64,000 nt of DNA from Schizochytrium sp. TIO01 (taxonomy: Eukaryota; Protista; Bigyra: Labyrinthulomycetes), in NCBI GenBank assembly GCA_004764695.1, contig SMSO01000014.1:243648-307647 (forward strand), written 5' to 3'. The notes beneath the pieces were generated by a model that saw only the letters and a list, made by a program, of their open reading frames with translations, had not been told where the DNA came from and made no database searches. Both the position numbers and the translations under genes were made by a program. The stretch's first letter is position 1. Each line of letters starts with the position of its first letter. Shown in pieces: positions 1 through 13,504 of this stretch.

Positions 1-2099
1 TAAATATGGTTCTTAAGTTTACTTTTTTTCTAAGTAGATATTTATACCTTGAGAGTTCTAGGTTTTTATTTTACATGTTCAACCATGTCATCAACAGTAC
101 CATGCTAAATTTGTAGAACTTTAACACCGCACCTTGCTAAAAATATAACATGAGTGATTTGAGTAAATCTCAGGATTCTGCCTACGAATGGAAAAGAAAA
201 AAAAAACGATTAACACTATCAATTCAAATCCTCTGCTATGAGAAACAATTTTATTTTTAAAAAATATCATCAATAAGGCAACTCGTTCAAGCAGATGCAT
301 GATTGGCTTACGTATTCTACTGCAAAGAAAATGTAGTCTTTTCTATGCAACTCGATAGTACTGCACCAGTTCTTTACCTTTTGGAAAGTACCTTTCCCTC
401 GATCTAATTGACTTTGCTAATTAAATCTTCCGTAATAGGCTTTTGCTTGTACTACACTATAAAGCTTTGCTTCCCACAAGAGCATAAACAATTGATCCCT
501 TTGCTTTAATATAATTAGGAAATCCAGTCTCATTTGGCATTACCAATCTCGACATTTTCCAAATGTTTTTTCTTTAATAATATAAAAATTAAGTATAAAT
601 CTTGCTGAAGGCTATGCCATAAATAATATAATTTGTAAAAGTTGTACTTTCACCACTGACAACTGCGTGTACAACAGTAATCATGAAATGGAGTGGAAAC
701 AAGCCTTGGCATAACACTCCAGCAAAAGGAAATGTCCCTTTAAAACAAAGTACTGAGGTGAATAATAATCTCAGCCTAGTTCACCTTTTTGATGCAAGAA
801 AATTCCTGGTGACGCTTGTGGCAACCAGCGTACTGTTTCTTTGTAATACTAAGACTGGATAACTAATAGATAATACATGCTGATCATTTGCTGTAGAATT
901 GTTGCAACACGAACATGCTTAACAATAAAACTGTTCCGTCAAGTTTGGAAAGAATTTCAATATAATTCAAACCCCCCGATACAATCAATGTGCACCTCTT
1001 CCCTTACTGAGCATCTTTCTATTTTCTTGAATGTGATTTTAGCAGAAGGAAGCACCTACCTAGTACCTCGGTCCAGTAAGGTTTCTCCCTTTGGACATAA
1101 ACCGCGAATTTCTTGGCGTCATCGCAATTAGAAAGGCTGCGCTTCCAACTCTTCATTTGAATTTGAACTAGTAGAACAGAGCTCCAGCGCAAGCTTTGCC
1201 TACTAGAATACTACAAGTTTTTGAGAGATGATTTGCAAGCCTAACCCTCCAGGGACGATGTTTTGCATTGAAGTCATTCCTAGCCTGCCTGTCTTGAATT
1301 TTCAATGGGCCTCTTACACAACCAGATCAGATCCTCAAGCAAGCAAGCAAGCAAGCAAGCAAGAGTCCAGTAGCTCAAGCTATAATTCGCAGCTGCAAGA
1401 CCATTGTAGTTGCGTGAGTAGTTTGATTCAGCGTCAAATCAGTTGAGATGATTTCATCATTTTCCGAGCCCTCGGCAAACGCAAGAAGAGCTTCTGTAGA
1501 GCCTTTTCCTCAGCCACCTCGCCATACTCCAGCCATCGATGGTGATTGATCACGCATGATGCATCGCCATAATCAGTCGCGTCACAACTCCATCAACTTC
1601 ACGCGGCACAGCCTCCTCAGTCCCCCTCTAAGCATTCCAAGGTCTCCGGACCAGTCAGTGGTAATGCTAAGTTACTGCAAAAAGGGTTGTTCTTCCTAAA
1701 GCGTGGACGGACCAATTTGTATTTGGTTTTTTTCCAGCTAGATCCGCCTGTTCTGTCTTCAACCAACAATGGCAATCAGCCATTCCCAGCTTCTCTTTTC
1801 AGGTAAAGTTCCTACTCGCCACTCTTCCCGGCGTCTGACGCGCCACTAGCACCAACAGTGGCAGACAAGAAAGAGGTCAAATAGGCCTAATCATCACACT
1901 TGATGTCAGCACCGGCGGCTCCAAAACCATCATGATAACGCCGACTACGATGGTAGCGAGCTTTTAGTATCTGCCCTATTTGACTATTTCATCCATTGTT
2001 GATCCGCACGTGGCAGCTGACAACGGTGAGAAATGGTGCTGCCACACTTCGCCAACTAGACATAGAGACAGGCAGGCAGAAAAGGCAGCACGTGCCGAC

Positions 2100-2132
2100 C
2101 TACGCAAGTGCTACGCAAGTGCTACGCAAGTG
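2100..2132. repeat. 11-bp tandem repeat (CTACGCAAGTG)x3
   Basis: Three exact adjacent copies read directly from the sequence. Confidence 0.9.
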
Positions 2133-4320
2133 CTGTTTCTGTGTGCGTGTGCTGCAGGTCCATGAGCATCTTCCTTTCAACTCTCTCGCGTGCAGCTCAA
2201 ACAACTCAGACGCATACTGCTTACTAGGTGCGTTTCGCTCGTGCGCGACTTTTAAATGAGGCGGACTTCTTCATGAACGTTGGCTTCGCTTCGACCTGCA
2301 CTTCGAGTCGAGGTTATCCCGTTATCCCGACGTCCCTCTTTTAGCCTTGTCTTGCAAGGATTTAGCACAGTAGGCGAAAGGTACAATGATACTAACCTGA
2401 ACTGAGAGGCGCAGTGGTCATCGTAAAACATTCGAACGTTTCTCAGTTCTGTCTGTGCCACCATTGCGTACTGTCATCTCGGTTTCTCCACGCTAATACA
2501 TATTTATGATCTAGAAAAAAGTGCACTTTGGAGCTTATGCACTTAATCATATAAAAAGCTATCAAGATGGTACGCACCACCAATCGTAGCACCAGAGACA
2601 GTGACTGCTACGGCGAAAACTCACCCACTGCCTATCATATATAGACGTCCGCAATTGCCAACATCATCAGCAAAATCGTTGAACAGAACTCCTCTACAGC
2701 TGACAGGACAGATCGCAATCAGCTGGCAAATGCAGCTACGGTAGGTACATTATGTATGCTCTTCTTTCCTCTTTTTCTTTTTTTTCTTCCCTATAATTAA
2801 AACTTTATACTTCATTTTAAAATTAAAATTAAAATATTTTTATTATAAAAACCCTTTATCAGTAGTAGCACTCACTATCTTGATCTTTTATCTCCATCTC
2901 AAATATTCGACCCTCGTTCCTTTTAATACTCGCACAAGCGCAAAACAGCAAAATAAACACCTCTTCTACGTATCGTAATTAAATTACACCCCCCTATTTC
3001 ATCTCACCATTGCTGATGATTGATTTTGCTCTTTTGGAAATAAAATATGCTCCTCAAAGCAAAATGGTTCATTCACTCATCCAGCAAGCCAAGCCCTTGT
3101 CGACATTGACCTATACCCCATCTAGCGCCCCTAACACTGCTTCTTCCTGAAGGAACACTCACACTCCACTCGCGCTCACTTTGAAGTTAAAAGGAAAAGC
3201 TTCCGTTTCTTCATCTCTCTGATTACAAAAGTACCGAATAAGTTTGATCGCTCGCCTTCTTTAAAGCTTGCTTTCCTGTTAGCGTGACCTGGCTCAACTC
3301 TTTTACGCTGTTCGTGTGCTTCCAGGTGCACCCTACGCAGTAGATCCAACAGGAGCCACGGTTTTCAGCCATCAGCCGACGGTTTGCAGAATAAACAATA
3401 AATAAAACCTAGGTTTCCTTCGAAGTTCTCGACCATTACTCGCCCAATCTTTCCTTTCGTGCGATTTCTTGCTTTCTCTCCAAGCCTCCCAGCAGCCAGT
3501 TCTGTTCTTTGCTCGCTCGTTCACTAAGTAAGTCAATCAGTCACTCAGTCAACCTTTCTTTCCCTATGATACAAAATAATAAACAATATTAAAAAATTAT
3601 TTAAAAAACAATGATTTAGAGATACTCGCCCGCTTTCTCCTATTCGCTCGACACGATGGACGCCTCTTCGAGCGAAAGGCGCCTCTCATGCGGACCGAGT
3701 TGGCTCTGCTGCTTCTCCGCCGACGATCTGTCCTGCGATAAATGAATGAATGAAATAAAGGCAAATAAATGGACATACATATATGCATACATACAGATAG
3801 ACAGACAGACAGACAGACAGACAGCATCTTAATGAAGGGGCCGATTGATAATAAATAAATCAACAAATAAATAAGATGAATGAACCCTGTCGCCAGAAAA
3901 GCCAACCAACGCTGCTTCGGCTTGAAGATACAGAGGCTGAGAGACAGAGAGAGAGATACACCCACCTTTGGTAAGGGAGGCACCGTCGCCATCGCTCGAC
4001 CCGCCTCGAGCCATGGAAGCATCGTGATTGATCTCCAGTAAATAGCACGCCGGATCACCGTCCGCGGGCAGATCAGATCTGCCCTTTGAATGTATGTATG
4101 TATGTATGTATGTTTGTTTGTAGGTAATATATGTGAGTGTGTGTTGCGAATGTGTCAGAAAGAACGAAGAAAGAAGGTTCATGAAATCGAAGCCGCGCGA
4201 GCGACAGAGATCGATGGATCGTCAAGAAGAATGGTCCTTCAGATATGCTGTCAATGGTTTTCTCTATTCTTTATGAATTAAATTAATAAACTCTCGTTTG
4301 ATGTATTTATTATGGATCTA

Positions 4321-4388
4321 TGTTTGTTTGTTTGTTTGTTTGTTTGTTTGTTTGTTTGTTTGTTTGTTTGTTTGTTTGTTTGTTTGTT
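4321..4388. repeat. (TTTG)n microsatellite
   Basis: Perfect tetranucleotide run of about 17 units. Confidence 0.95.
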
Positions 4389-5845
4389 TTGCCTGCAATG
4401 GTCTCTGCAGTGCGTTCTGTTCCTCCACGATATGGCAGCGTCGTCGAAAGCGTTGCAAAGCTGGAGTGGCGGACCGTCCCTAACTGCGGACTCGCCGCTG
4501 CCCGTGAACAAGAGCACAGCACTCTTTGCTATGGAAAGCAGCAGAGCATCGGCGGCGCTATCTATAGCTAGCTATGTATGTCCTTCAGAATCCTCTCATT
4601 GTCTTTTTAATGTAAATTCAAGTAAAGTTGAGAAGTTTTGCACGTCGGTTTTCTTATGGGCACTTTTATTTTTTGTTTACTTTCTTTTTTTGTCTACGGT
4701 CTTTTTTTAATTAAATTGTTTTTAACTATTACTACTATTATTTTTATTATGAAGTTTTCTTCATCTAAATTCTGTTTTGTATATCTGGAACGAGCACATA
4801 GAGCGATGGAAAAGACTTCGTGGCCTTCATTTTCGATTTTTTGCGACAAATCTATTTAGTGCACTTTGTTTGATGTGGAATTTTTTTCATTCATTTAAAT
4901 TGAAAATTTAATTAATTGTATGAGGTGACTTTCCTCTGTGCTGTTTACAATGTACCTTTCACTTTTAATTATTTTAACTTTTAAAAATAGTACTAGTAAT
5001 AATTATTCATCACCTTCTATTTCTTTTTAAGTAGAGTAAAAAGTAAAATGAAATATAAAATGAAAATATTCACCTTTTCATTTTTACCTTTTGCTTTTTA
5101 CTTTACTTTATTTTTTATTTTATCCGAACTCACACCCAATTGGTTCGAAATATTACTACCATCTTTTGATCATTGAAAAGCTAGCTCGGTCGTACTGCTG
5201 CGTCTCTATTTGTTTTACTGTTGATCTTTTTACTAACTAATTGGTTGCGAGGCTCTTTTAGCGCGCAGTGGTGATGGCTGTTGTTCCCGCGACGCCTTTC
5301 TTTTGACCGCTTCCTCTAATTTCCATTTGACTCTTTGGCAGTGATGGGAGTCCTAAGATCCATTTCTTTTTTGCAAGGGTTTGCTATTCTTTCCTCTCTT
5401 CGAAGTTGCTTTCGCGCTTTAGACAGATCCTTTTATTCAGAAAGGCGTCAAGCTGTTCTGTTCTGTTATGTTATGTTCTCCCTGGTGCCTCCATTGACTG
5501 GGCTTGCGCCTAAATATCGAAAGATATCGGAGTAGCTCGTAGAGAGACGAGACACGCAGCATCGCGAAAGCCTTCGTTTTGCTTCAAGTCTCGTCGATCT
5601 TTCCTGAGGTTTCCAGCGTATTCCCCGCGGCTTCCATCCAGCGCCCGAAAGAAGAAGATCGACCACCGGCGATCCCCAGTTTCGATTCCTTAGCACTTGC
5701 CATAGAACGCACGTAGTGAATGAATGAATGAATGAAATCACTCAATGAATGAAATCACTCAATGAATGAGTGAATGAATGAATGACAAAGTAACCCACTC
5801 ACTCGCTCCCTCAGGGCTGTTTCCAAGTGGGCTTTTGGCAATCAT

Positions 5846-5958
5846 CAAACAAACAAACAAACAAACAAACAAACAAACAAACAAACAAACAAACAAACAA
5901 ACAAACAAACAAACAAACAAACAAACAAACAAACAAACAAACAAACAAACAAACAAAC
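5846..5958. repeat. (CAAA)n microsatellite
   Basis: Perfect tetranucleotide run of about 28 units. Confidence 0.95.
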
Positions 5959-8949
5959 TTACTTACTTGAAAGGCATTTGGTCATCACGGCAACTTTCTC
6001 ATTCTCATAACCCACGAAGGCGAAGGGTGGCAGACTGAGCACTCGTCCACCCTTTGAACAAGCAAGCAAGAAGCTCGCGAGTTTTGGAAATGACAATCTC
6101 GATGGATAGATTTTCGGATTTCACGAAGTTCGAAGAAAGATCACAGCTCACTCACTCCTCCCTCTCATATATATACACGTAGAGAGATAGAGATATAAAT
6201 ACAGAGAGAGAGAGGCAATAAGGAGATAGATAGATATCAAGAGACCCTGGCCACAAGAAGAAGACTTCAACGCACGCCTTCCAACTTGCTTACGACCCCT
6301 CATGAGGGAACGAAATGAGGTGCCAAAAGCAAGCGAAAGCCCCACCGAGCGGCCCAGAAACAAAGTTTGCAGGACGAACCAAATCCACTCCACCTGCGAT
6401 TCGATCGACTCGCTGGCTAGCTCTTCGTAAGCCATCCATCCGTTCGCTGGAAACGAAGAAACGAAGAAACAAAGAAAGAATGCTCTTGCGTCCAATTCAT
6501 TTCTTTGATCGTCCATCACCCTTTGTATCCTATAGTCTACCAAGCACAAAAGCAAATCGAAACTTTTTTCTTTTCTTTCTTTCTTTTCTTTTCTTTCTTT
6601 TTAATGTTTTTTTAAGAAATACAGAACAGCCCACTGCGATAGCATAACTTTGTCTAAAAGAATTTGTCTTTATTTTATGTAAAGCTCTTTTCTAATTTAG
6701 GGCCTGTAACAGAAATGGACGTGGGAAAGGTCATCACAGTAGTACCAGTGATTAAACTCAAGTTCACTTGAACACTCACGTGGACACTAGGGAACCTGCT
6801 AGCCGCGGCAGTAGCTTACCACTGGCGCTCACCCTAGATTCTCTCGCCTCTAGAGCATCCGTGCTTCCCCTTGCCCTTCAGTGGCAGAGTGTCTCGCGAT
6901 CTCTCGATCTCTCTATTATGTTCTCTGGATCTTTTAAAGAGACTCGGAAAGGCACCAGTAGCAGTCCCCTACGGCGGCCTACTCCTGGGACTTTCTCAAG
7001 TTGAAAATTTAGTTTACGGCCGAACAGCATAGTTATAATGACTGCCGTTTTTGTTTGTTCTTAGCTGGCATAGCTAGTTACAGCTAGGCATTTAGTATTC
7101 AACTTGTTGACACAAAATAAAAGATTCTCGTTCTTTTAGCCTCGAAATGCTCCCGCCGTCGCGATGATTCTAAACGACCTGAGGTGCCTCTTACGCAGTT
7201 CTCACTGCACACGCCCAAACTGCCCAAACTGCTGCTAACCTTTCAAGTCGGGCGGCCAAGTTGCCTTGGATACCTACCTACTTTTCAGTCTGGCACAAAG
7301 GATTTGATAAATCAATTCAATTCATTGGCAACTTACTATTATGATAAACAGTAGGCAGGTAATGCGGCTTCTGCACGGAGCAAGAGAACCGCAATAGGTT
7401 GAACTTTGAACTTGAAGGACGGGAAGAACTCCAAGTGCAGCGAGAGACCAATGCAGGAACCTGAAGATGACATGACCACAACTGATACCTTCAACGAGCG
7501 TCAATTTGGAAAGTACAGCACTCGATCTCCCCCTGCGCTGGTGAGTGACTGATAATGTAATTAATTGTTGGTGCTTCTGCGAGCTGGGTCTCCAGCCCTC
7601 CGCAAATCGAGCGGAACCGCCGCTTAGTAGCTAGATGCTGACTTTGATGGGTGGCTGCGGCGCTCTGCAGCCTTCCTTTAGCAGAGCTCATTCCTCGAAT
7701 ACCTTCCCACATCGTTCCTGAGCGAGCAGCTTGCAACTTCAAGATCCACTGTCGCAAAGAAGATCGGCGGCATGGAGACGTAAACCTGAGGATCGAGCAA
7801 TCAATCAGTCAATCGATCGCAAGCAAGCAAGCAACGGACGACAAGAGGAAGGCACTTTCCCAGCCAGGTTCGCATTTTTCATGGCCCCCTGTCAGCCTTG
7901 TGGCAAATAGACACGATGCAAGTCAAACGCGAGGAGTGCTCAGACGATGGCTTTCACGATCTTTCCCAGGGTTACGCATTCCACCAGCAGGCGGAAATTC
8001 CATGGACAAGCTACTATTATCATTCGTCCTCCACAATCTCGTTTTTCTATCGATCTGCTGTGTGAACACACGATCACAACCCTCCTAGGTAAGACCACTC
8101 CTGTAAAGACTTAGATTGACTTGACACGAAATCATCGCATCATATCATATCATGCATGATACACAGGAGCTGTGAGCTTATTTACGCCGCTGGTACCTAC
8201 AGAATTCCACCTCTGAGAGCAAAAGCGTACTTACGAAGGAAGTCGACACAAAGTATTCGCTTTGCAACGTGACATCTCTTCTTGAGCACGATTATATTAC
8301 CTCCCTAACCTACCCACTGTAATATTGTCAGAAGAACCGCAGAGCTTCATTGAGCAAATCCCTCCCTCACTGTTCGTTCAGAGTCTTCACTCTTTGCTGT
8401 TCGCTCTTGACTAACGGACTGCCTGTCAGGTAAAGTTTCTTACTACTTTACCATCGCTCGCGGCGAGATTGATGAGATGGCCGAAGCTCTCCAGACATGA
8501 TGCCTCAACTTGGTCTTATGAGGCGCTCTTGCATGATGAAAATCATCAACATGCTCGGTAGGTACGACGCTCTGCGATCGAGCAAGCTTTAAATTGCGCA
8601 CGCACGTTTCTTCTTCACCCTTGCATTATGAAAACTGCGTGTTTCAAAATAGACTGATTGGAAAGTAGGTACGCTTGGGTCGATAAGTTTTTATAAAGCA
8701 ACACTGCTCAATTGATTGCCTAACAATAACTTTTTTATAAGAAACAATGATCTCTAAAGGTGCAGTGTGATCCTACGAAACTAGGACATGAGTAGACGTT
8801 CTCGGGGACGGAATTCCTATTATCTGCGCCTCTCTTTAAAATGTCCAAGTGGATACGAGAAGAATCTGAGAAACCGAAAATTTACATAGGGCCAAGTCCC
8901 ACATTCAGCTAGTTGATTGTCCTACCACTCCGTTCCTTTAAAAGGAAGC

Positions 8950-10750
8950 AGTTTTTCGAGGTTGCCCAAAGACGATCTTAAGATGGCTCTTTGAAATATT
9001 ATTCCCTGCTTCGACAATGAACTAGTGCGCATTGTTGCTACCTGTTCACGAGATGACTTTGCGAGTTTAATCTGATTTTAAAAGAAAACGTGCTAAAATG
9101 GTTGGTGTCATATGTGAAAGTTAATTTTTTAAGTTGAGGATTTTAAAGTTGTTTCTGCTTCTAGTCAGGAAATTTTTTAACACACTCCAAGTTCAACATA
9201 CTCTTGATGAAACTAGCTTTATTACAATTTGCGATAGAATGTCCAAAGTTGATAATTTGACCCCGCAGAAATATTGAGCACGTCTACTGACTTGATAGAG
9301 CACCCCTTTGCATATTGTCGGAAAGATAAGCAAGCCATTCGAAATTATCATTAAATTTCAATAATATTCTTTTCGAGTTACTCTGCGAATGCCTTTCAAA
9401 AGAACCAACGTCGGTATGGGGTTTTATCCATTCCCAACTTTAAATAATATCCGAAAAGTACAGCAACACATATCCTCTGTTGTCGTGATAACCAACTTCT
9501 CAGCGAACAATTTGGTCATTTCAAGAAAGTCGCCAATTACATTTCAGCGTAATCTCTCCTTCGTTGCTGTCTTAACCTCGCTAATATCAAGCAACTGCTT
9601 GACACCATTTTGAGTAAACCTGAAATTTGTTTGAGCAGGCGCCCCATTACGTTCTATAGAGTGGTTAGATAACTGAAGGACCAGGTGACCAAGATGTCGC
9701 TCGATTCCTTGCAAGTCCTGAGAGAGTGGAATGTGGTTTGGGATGCAAATAGAACAATCTAATACTTACCTGAGAAGAATGGGTGTATACAATATTATAT
9801 ATCACAATCACTTCCTCGTACATGTCCAATGAAAATAAATGAATAGAATAAACTTGAGTTGATGGTTGATTAAACAAAATTATCCCAGCTCTTCAGTTCT
9901 GTATATGATGGGTTGTACCTGCCTTAGTCTATAAATGTAACATCGATGATTGGGATGTAGCCCTTAGTTCGACTGACTGCGGAATTTTAAATGCCTTTCT
10001 AAGCCTTCGGGCTCCTACCTAACTTAACCTTGCCTAGCACAAAGAGAAGTGCCATGGCACATCATGATAAGATCCTGACGAATATTACATATGAGTTGGA
10101 CACCTAATAAGTGCTTCACAAGCCAAGGAACCTTACCCTATTGCTGAAAAATGCTTCTGGTCAGCTTGAGGTTGACTGTTAAGATAAAGGCAAGGGTCTT
10201 GATGAAGGCTTTAAAAAGATTGATTTAAGAGTCAGCGAACCGCTGTCCTGGAGAATACATTCCAGGACAGATGAATTCATATAGTAATTAAGGAGGTTAA
10301 GACACACTTGAAAGGTCTTAGAGATAATCGATGGACTTAGGTTAATTCAACCTCTTTAACCATTAATTCGAGTTGCGCCATACTGGATTCTACAGATTTG
10401 TAGACACACTTTGGTTCTTGGCTTCTCATCCACGAAAGTCTGAGTCTAGTCCTGCTGTATTAAAACCCCTATGTCCATGACGTCTATAAAAAGGGGCGCC
10501 AAGGACTCTAGCAATGTCTTGTCTACTAGTTCCTTCGATTGGAGATCTCAGCACCTATTCATACTGAATGAAATGCAGAAGAAATCAGAATGGTAAAAGT
10601 ATTCTTTGCAAATACCATTGTGCAGCATACTCTTCCAATTGTATAATAAGACCAATTTTCACAGTATCGATGAGTAGCTTGTGAGGGAGGTGCTTTTCCA
10701 TAGTTTGGATGTTGCTCTTTGCTAGGAGAATAAGTATTATCTTACATGCT
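8950..10750 (-). pseudogene. Decayed protein-coding gene of unknown (possibly LRR-like) family; contains repeat copy A
   Basis: Intact 52-nt intron 9769-9718 (CAG|GTAAGTAT ... CTCTCAG|GAC). It is followed by coding-like frames with scattered stops (DLQGIERHLGHLVLQLSNH...LR*NVIGDFLEMTKLFAEKLVI...; LNLECVKKFPD*...LKKLTFTY). Ends are approximate. Confidence 0.4.
10141..10553 (-). repeat. Dispersed ~400-bp repeat, copy A (decayed coding; LRSPIEGTSRQDIARVLG...)
   Basis: Aligns by eye directly with 12646-13018 and in inverted orientation with 13505-13895 (e.g. CTCTAGCAATG(T/C)CTTGTC(T/C)ACTAGTTC(C/T)TTCGATTGGA). Confidence 0.85.
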
Positions 10751-11620
10751 TACCATTACTCTAGTCACTCGATTCTTCTCCCTGGATCCATCGACTACGC
10801 TCTATGTATTGTTTTCCTGCTTTTATTTTAATGCTTGAAAGATGGACCACATGGATTGGCCGTTTTGATTTCTGGGTGCAGCCTACTGAGAAAATAAAAA
10901 AGAACAGGTTGATAGAAGAGGCATTTGTGTTATCTCTGAGGTTCAAAGAAGACGGAAATTTGGGAGGAATTGCTCCTAGAACAAATTGCTTTGAGCAGTC
11001 TGTTTTAAGATTCAACATCAATTACTAAGAAATGATTCTGGTTAGTTCCTACACAAATGAGGGCAAGATGCTTGGTGAAGGCTGAGGAACGCTTGATAAT
11101 ATATCGCATTTAGAGTTAGCAATCGGCTTTCCTTGGAAATAGACTCCAAGGAAGACTGATTCATGTTTTAATTAGGAATGCTTATCTGTGTTAGACATAA
11201 TTGACGAGTTAGGTTAAATCATCTCTTTAACCATCAGAGTTCATCATACTTGATTCTAGCGATTGTGTATCTGTATTTTTATTTCTTGCAATCACAGTGT
11301 TGAATTTACAATCACGCAAATCTAGTTGTAGTTCGATTCCTACGCTAAATTCTGGAAGTCTTACGATCACATTGTCTAAAACTCTGGCATTATATTTTGA
11401 ATTATTTCCTTCGATTAAAACCTCAGCACCAATATTATGAATCACAGAGATTAACTCTCGCTCGTCACATAATAACATTTGATTAGTATAGATTCTTTCA
11501 CGCGACCCTCAACTTTCAAATCGTTCATGTATTAACCGCTGTAATTTAGTAAATGTGAACGCTTCTTCATGCTTTCGTATCATATGTTGCCTTTGATTTA
11601 TTGATCAAGTACTCCGTGGT

Positions 11621-11677
11621 TGCTGAAACCTTCAATCGAAGAAACATGTGGACAAGGCATTGCCAGAGTCCTTGGCA
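11621..11677 (+). repeat. Dispersed repeat, partial copy D (LKPSIEETCGQGIARVLG...)
   Basis: TGCTGAAACCTTCAATCGAAGAAACATGTGGACAAGGCATTGCCAGAGTCCTTGGC matches the start of copy C. It continues as LRR-like LKTLEELGIVYHKNLTIKCKRLKS*. Confidence 0.75.
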
Positions 11678-12645
11678 AGGCATTAAAAACTCTCGAAGAA
11701 TTAGGTATTGTATATCATAAAAACTTGACTATCAAATGCAAACGTCTGAAGAGTTGAATGCGCCTACATGGTCAAGTGATTATGTAAGGACACAACCTTG
11801 AGTAATGGTTAATCAACCCTAAACCCTTGAGTTCTATGTAATACAAATAAAGTCTGTCTGAAGTTCCAAACCAGAAAATGGAATAGTATACCTAGATGTT
11901 TATCTTCGAGGTGAGCAGATCACTAACTTTCTCGCCCAAGTATGCAATACCTTTCTTGAGTTTTACTATACATTCGAAGCTGCTTGCTTTCATCTTTGCA
12001 ATTAACATCTGCATGATCAAAGATTAGCCATTTGCAGTTGGCTTGAACATAAATGTGCGATTATACACCCCAAAAAGATAAAAAATTAAACATACGCATG
12101 CACATGCAAAAGAACTAGTGGAATGACATAAGTTAACCTAATCTCTTCAATTATGTGTACCCTAGACCAATCCTGTTTCAGCCCTTTTGTCATATCGTAG
12201 ATTAAATCACCTCCCAACGATAACACATCGCTAACTCCAACAGCCAAAGTGAAACAAGCCTTCCTCACTAATTTGCCATAATTTCTAAAGTCAATTTCTG
12301 GCTAACAAGTTTCGTCGCTCAGTAATAGTACCTACTCTTACATTTGCAATTGCATTTTAATTGCCTTGATCCGACACCTGAATATAATCCCAACAATGTA
12401 TTTGCATTCTGAAAAAGAGACTTTCATCATCCACTATCTAAACGCGTTTTCTCAAGTATCAATCAACTCACGTAACAGTCCCCCTCGTGCGCAGGTGCAT
12501 ATAGATGTTTACGCGCATTTCAAAAAAACGTGCATGTGAGGATTTCACTTTAGATATGCTTGTAGGCTGAAAAATGTAGCTCGTGTAAAGCTTAGCAACC
12601 CTAATCCTAAGAGGCCAGAGCGTTGTACATACATGAATGTCAGGG

Positions 12646-13018
12646 TGCTGGAAAACGACTATGGCCAGCTGGAGGTTGACTGTAAAGATGAAGGATTGAT
12701 TTTAGAGAGTTAGCAAACTGCTGTCCTAGGATTCAGGGCTAACTGATTCATGGAGTATTTAGGAGGCTAAGACATTCTTGAACTGTGTTAAATATATTAG
12801 AATTTTTCAACCTCTTCACCCATCAATTCAAGTTGCACCATACGTAGTGTTCTAGGTAATCTATAGCCACACTTTTGGTTCATGGCTTCAGCTATCACGT
12901 AAGTCTGGTTGTCTAGTTCTGCCCTATTGTTGACCCTGTGTCTATAAGGTCTTTGCAAAGGGTTGCCAAAAGCTCTAGCAATGCCTTGTCCACTAGTTCT
13001 TTCGATTGGATATCGTAG
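12646..13018 (-). repeat. Dispersed ~400-bp repeat, copy B
   Basis: Direct, diverged copy of 10141-10553 (GAGGTTGACTGT.AAGAT; TTCAACCTCTT; CACACTTT.GGTTC.TGGCTTC). Confidence 0.85.
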
Positions 13019-13504
13019 TATAGGGAAAGCTTTTGATTCTTTCTATTTAGAGCCACCCATGGAAATGAAAGCATCTGTCTGGCGAGAATTTGCAAACATA
13101 GGGACGCTGGAGTATCTAGAAAGAAGTTATGAACGAATCAGTTACGGTGCGAAAAGAAAAGTGCACCAATTTATCAAGACACTGTGTAAGCATTTGACAT
13201 AATGAGTATGTTCAAAACGGAATTGTGAGAATATTCAAGATACTACATAAGAACCTAACCTTTTTGAATGTGGGTTTACGAGGTCCGTCGGGCCAACATA
13301 GGCGAATTAAACTCTCAATCAAGTTCTACAGTCAGTAGAACCCCAACTCATAACTCAACATCATCATTCTTGTCTTCTAAAAAAACTCCTCGTCCTTGTG
13401 CCAAAAGCAAGTTCTCGCTGCTTACAGCTTGAATAGTCTTGAGCGTACATTGCGGAATCGATACTTCCTATTCTGACAATTACTCAAGAAGCCTGTGAGA
13501 TGGC

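Larger units (their letters stand above)
3880..6050 (-). pseudogene. Decayed, intron-rich tubulin-tyrosine-ligase-like (TTLL, ATP-grasp) gene relic
   Basis: Minus-strand GC-rich islands between microsatellites give TTLL-like motifs in the expected order: RIANPCKKEMDLR (~5390-5352; cf. YIxxP...KFDLR), GFDFM (4194-4180; cf. GFDFMLD) and CYLLEINHDASM (~4047-4012; cf. PWLLEVNxxPS). Exon-like blocks have AG/GT ends (4083-3966; ~6050-5966). Stops, and no GT donor after GFDFM, indicate decay. Confidence 0.4.

Noticed and set aside
4278-6038. ORFs with FVCL, KQTN and NKQT repeats; apparent inverted repeat between the (TTTG)n and (CAAA)n tracts
   Set aside because: The frames are open only because of the microsatellites. 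The unique flanks are not complementary, so these are not transposon TIRs.
9762-9772. ATACTTACCTG, identical to the 5' end of U1 snRNA
   Set aside because: No U1 stem-loops or Sm site follow. It is the reverse complement of a perfect minus-strand splice donor with a matching acceptor 52 nt away.
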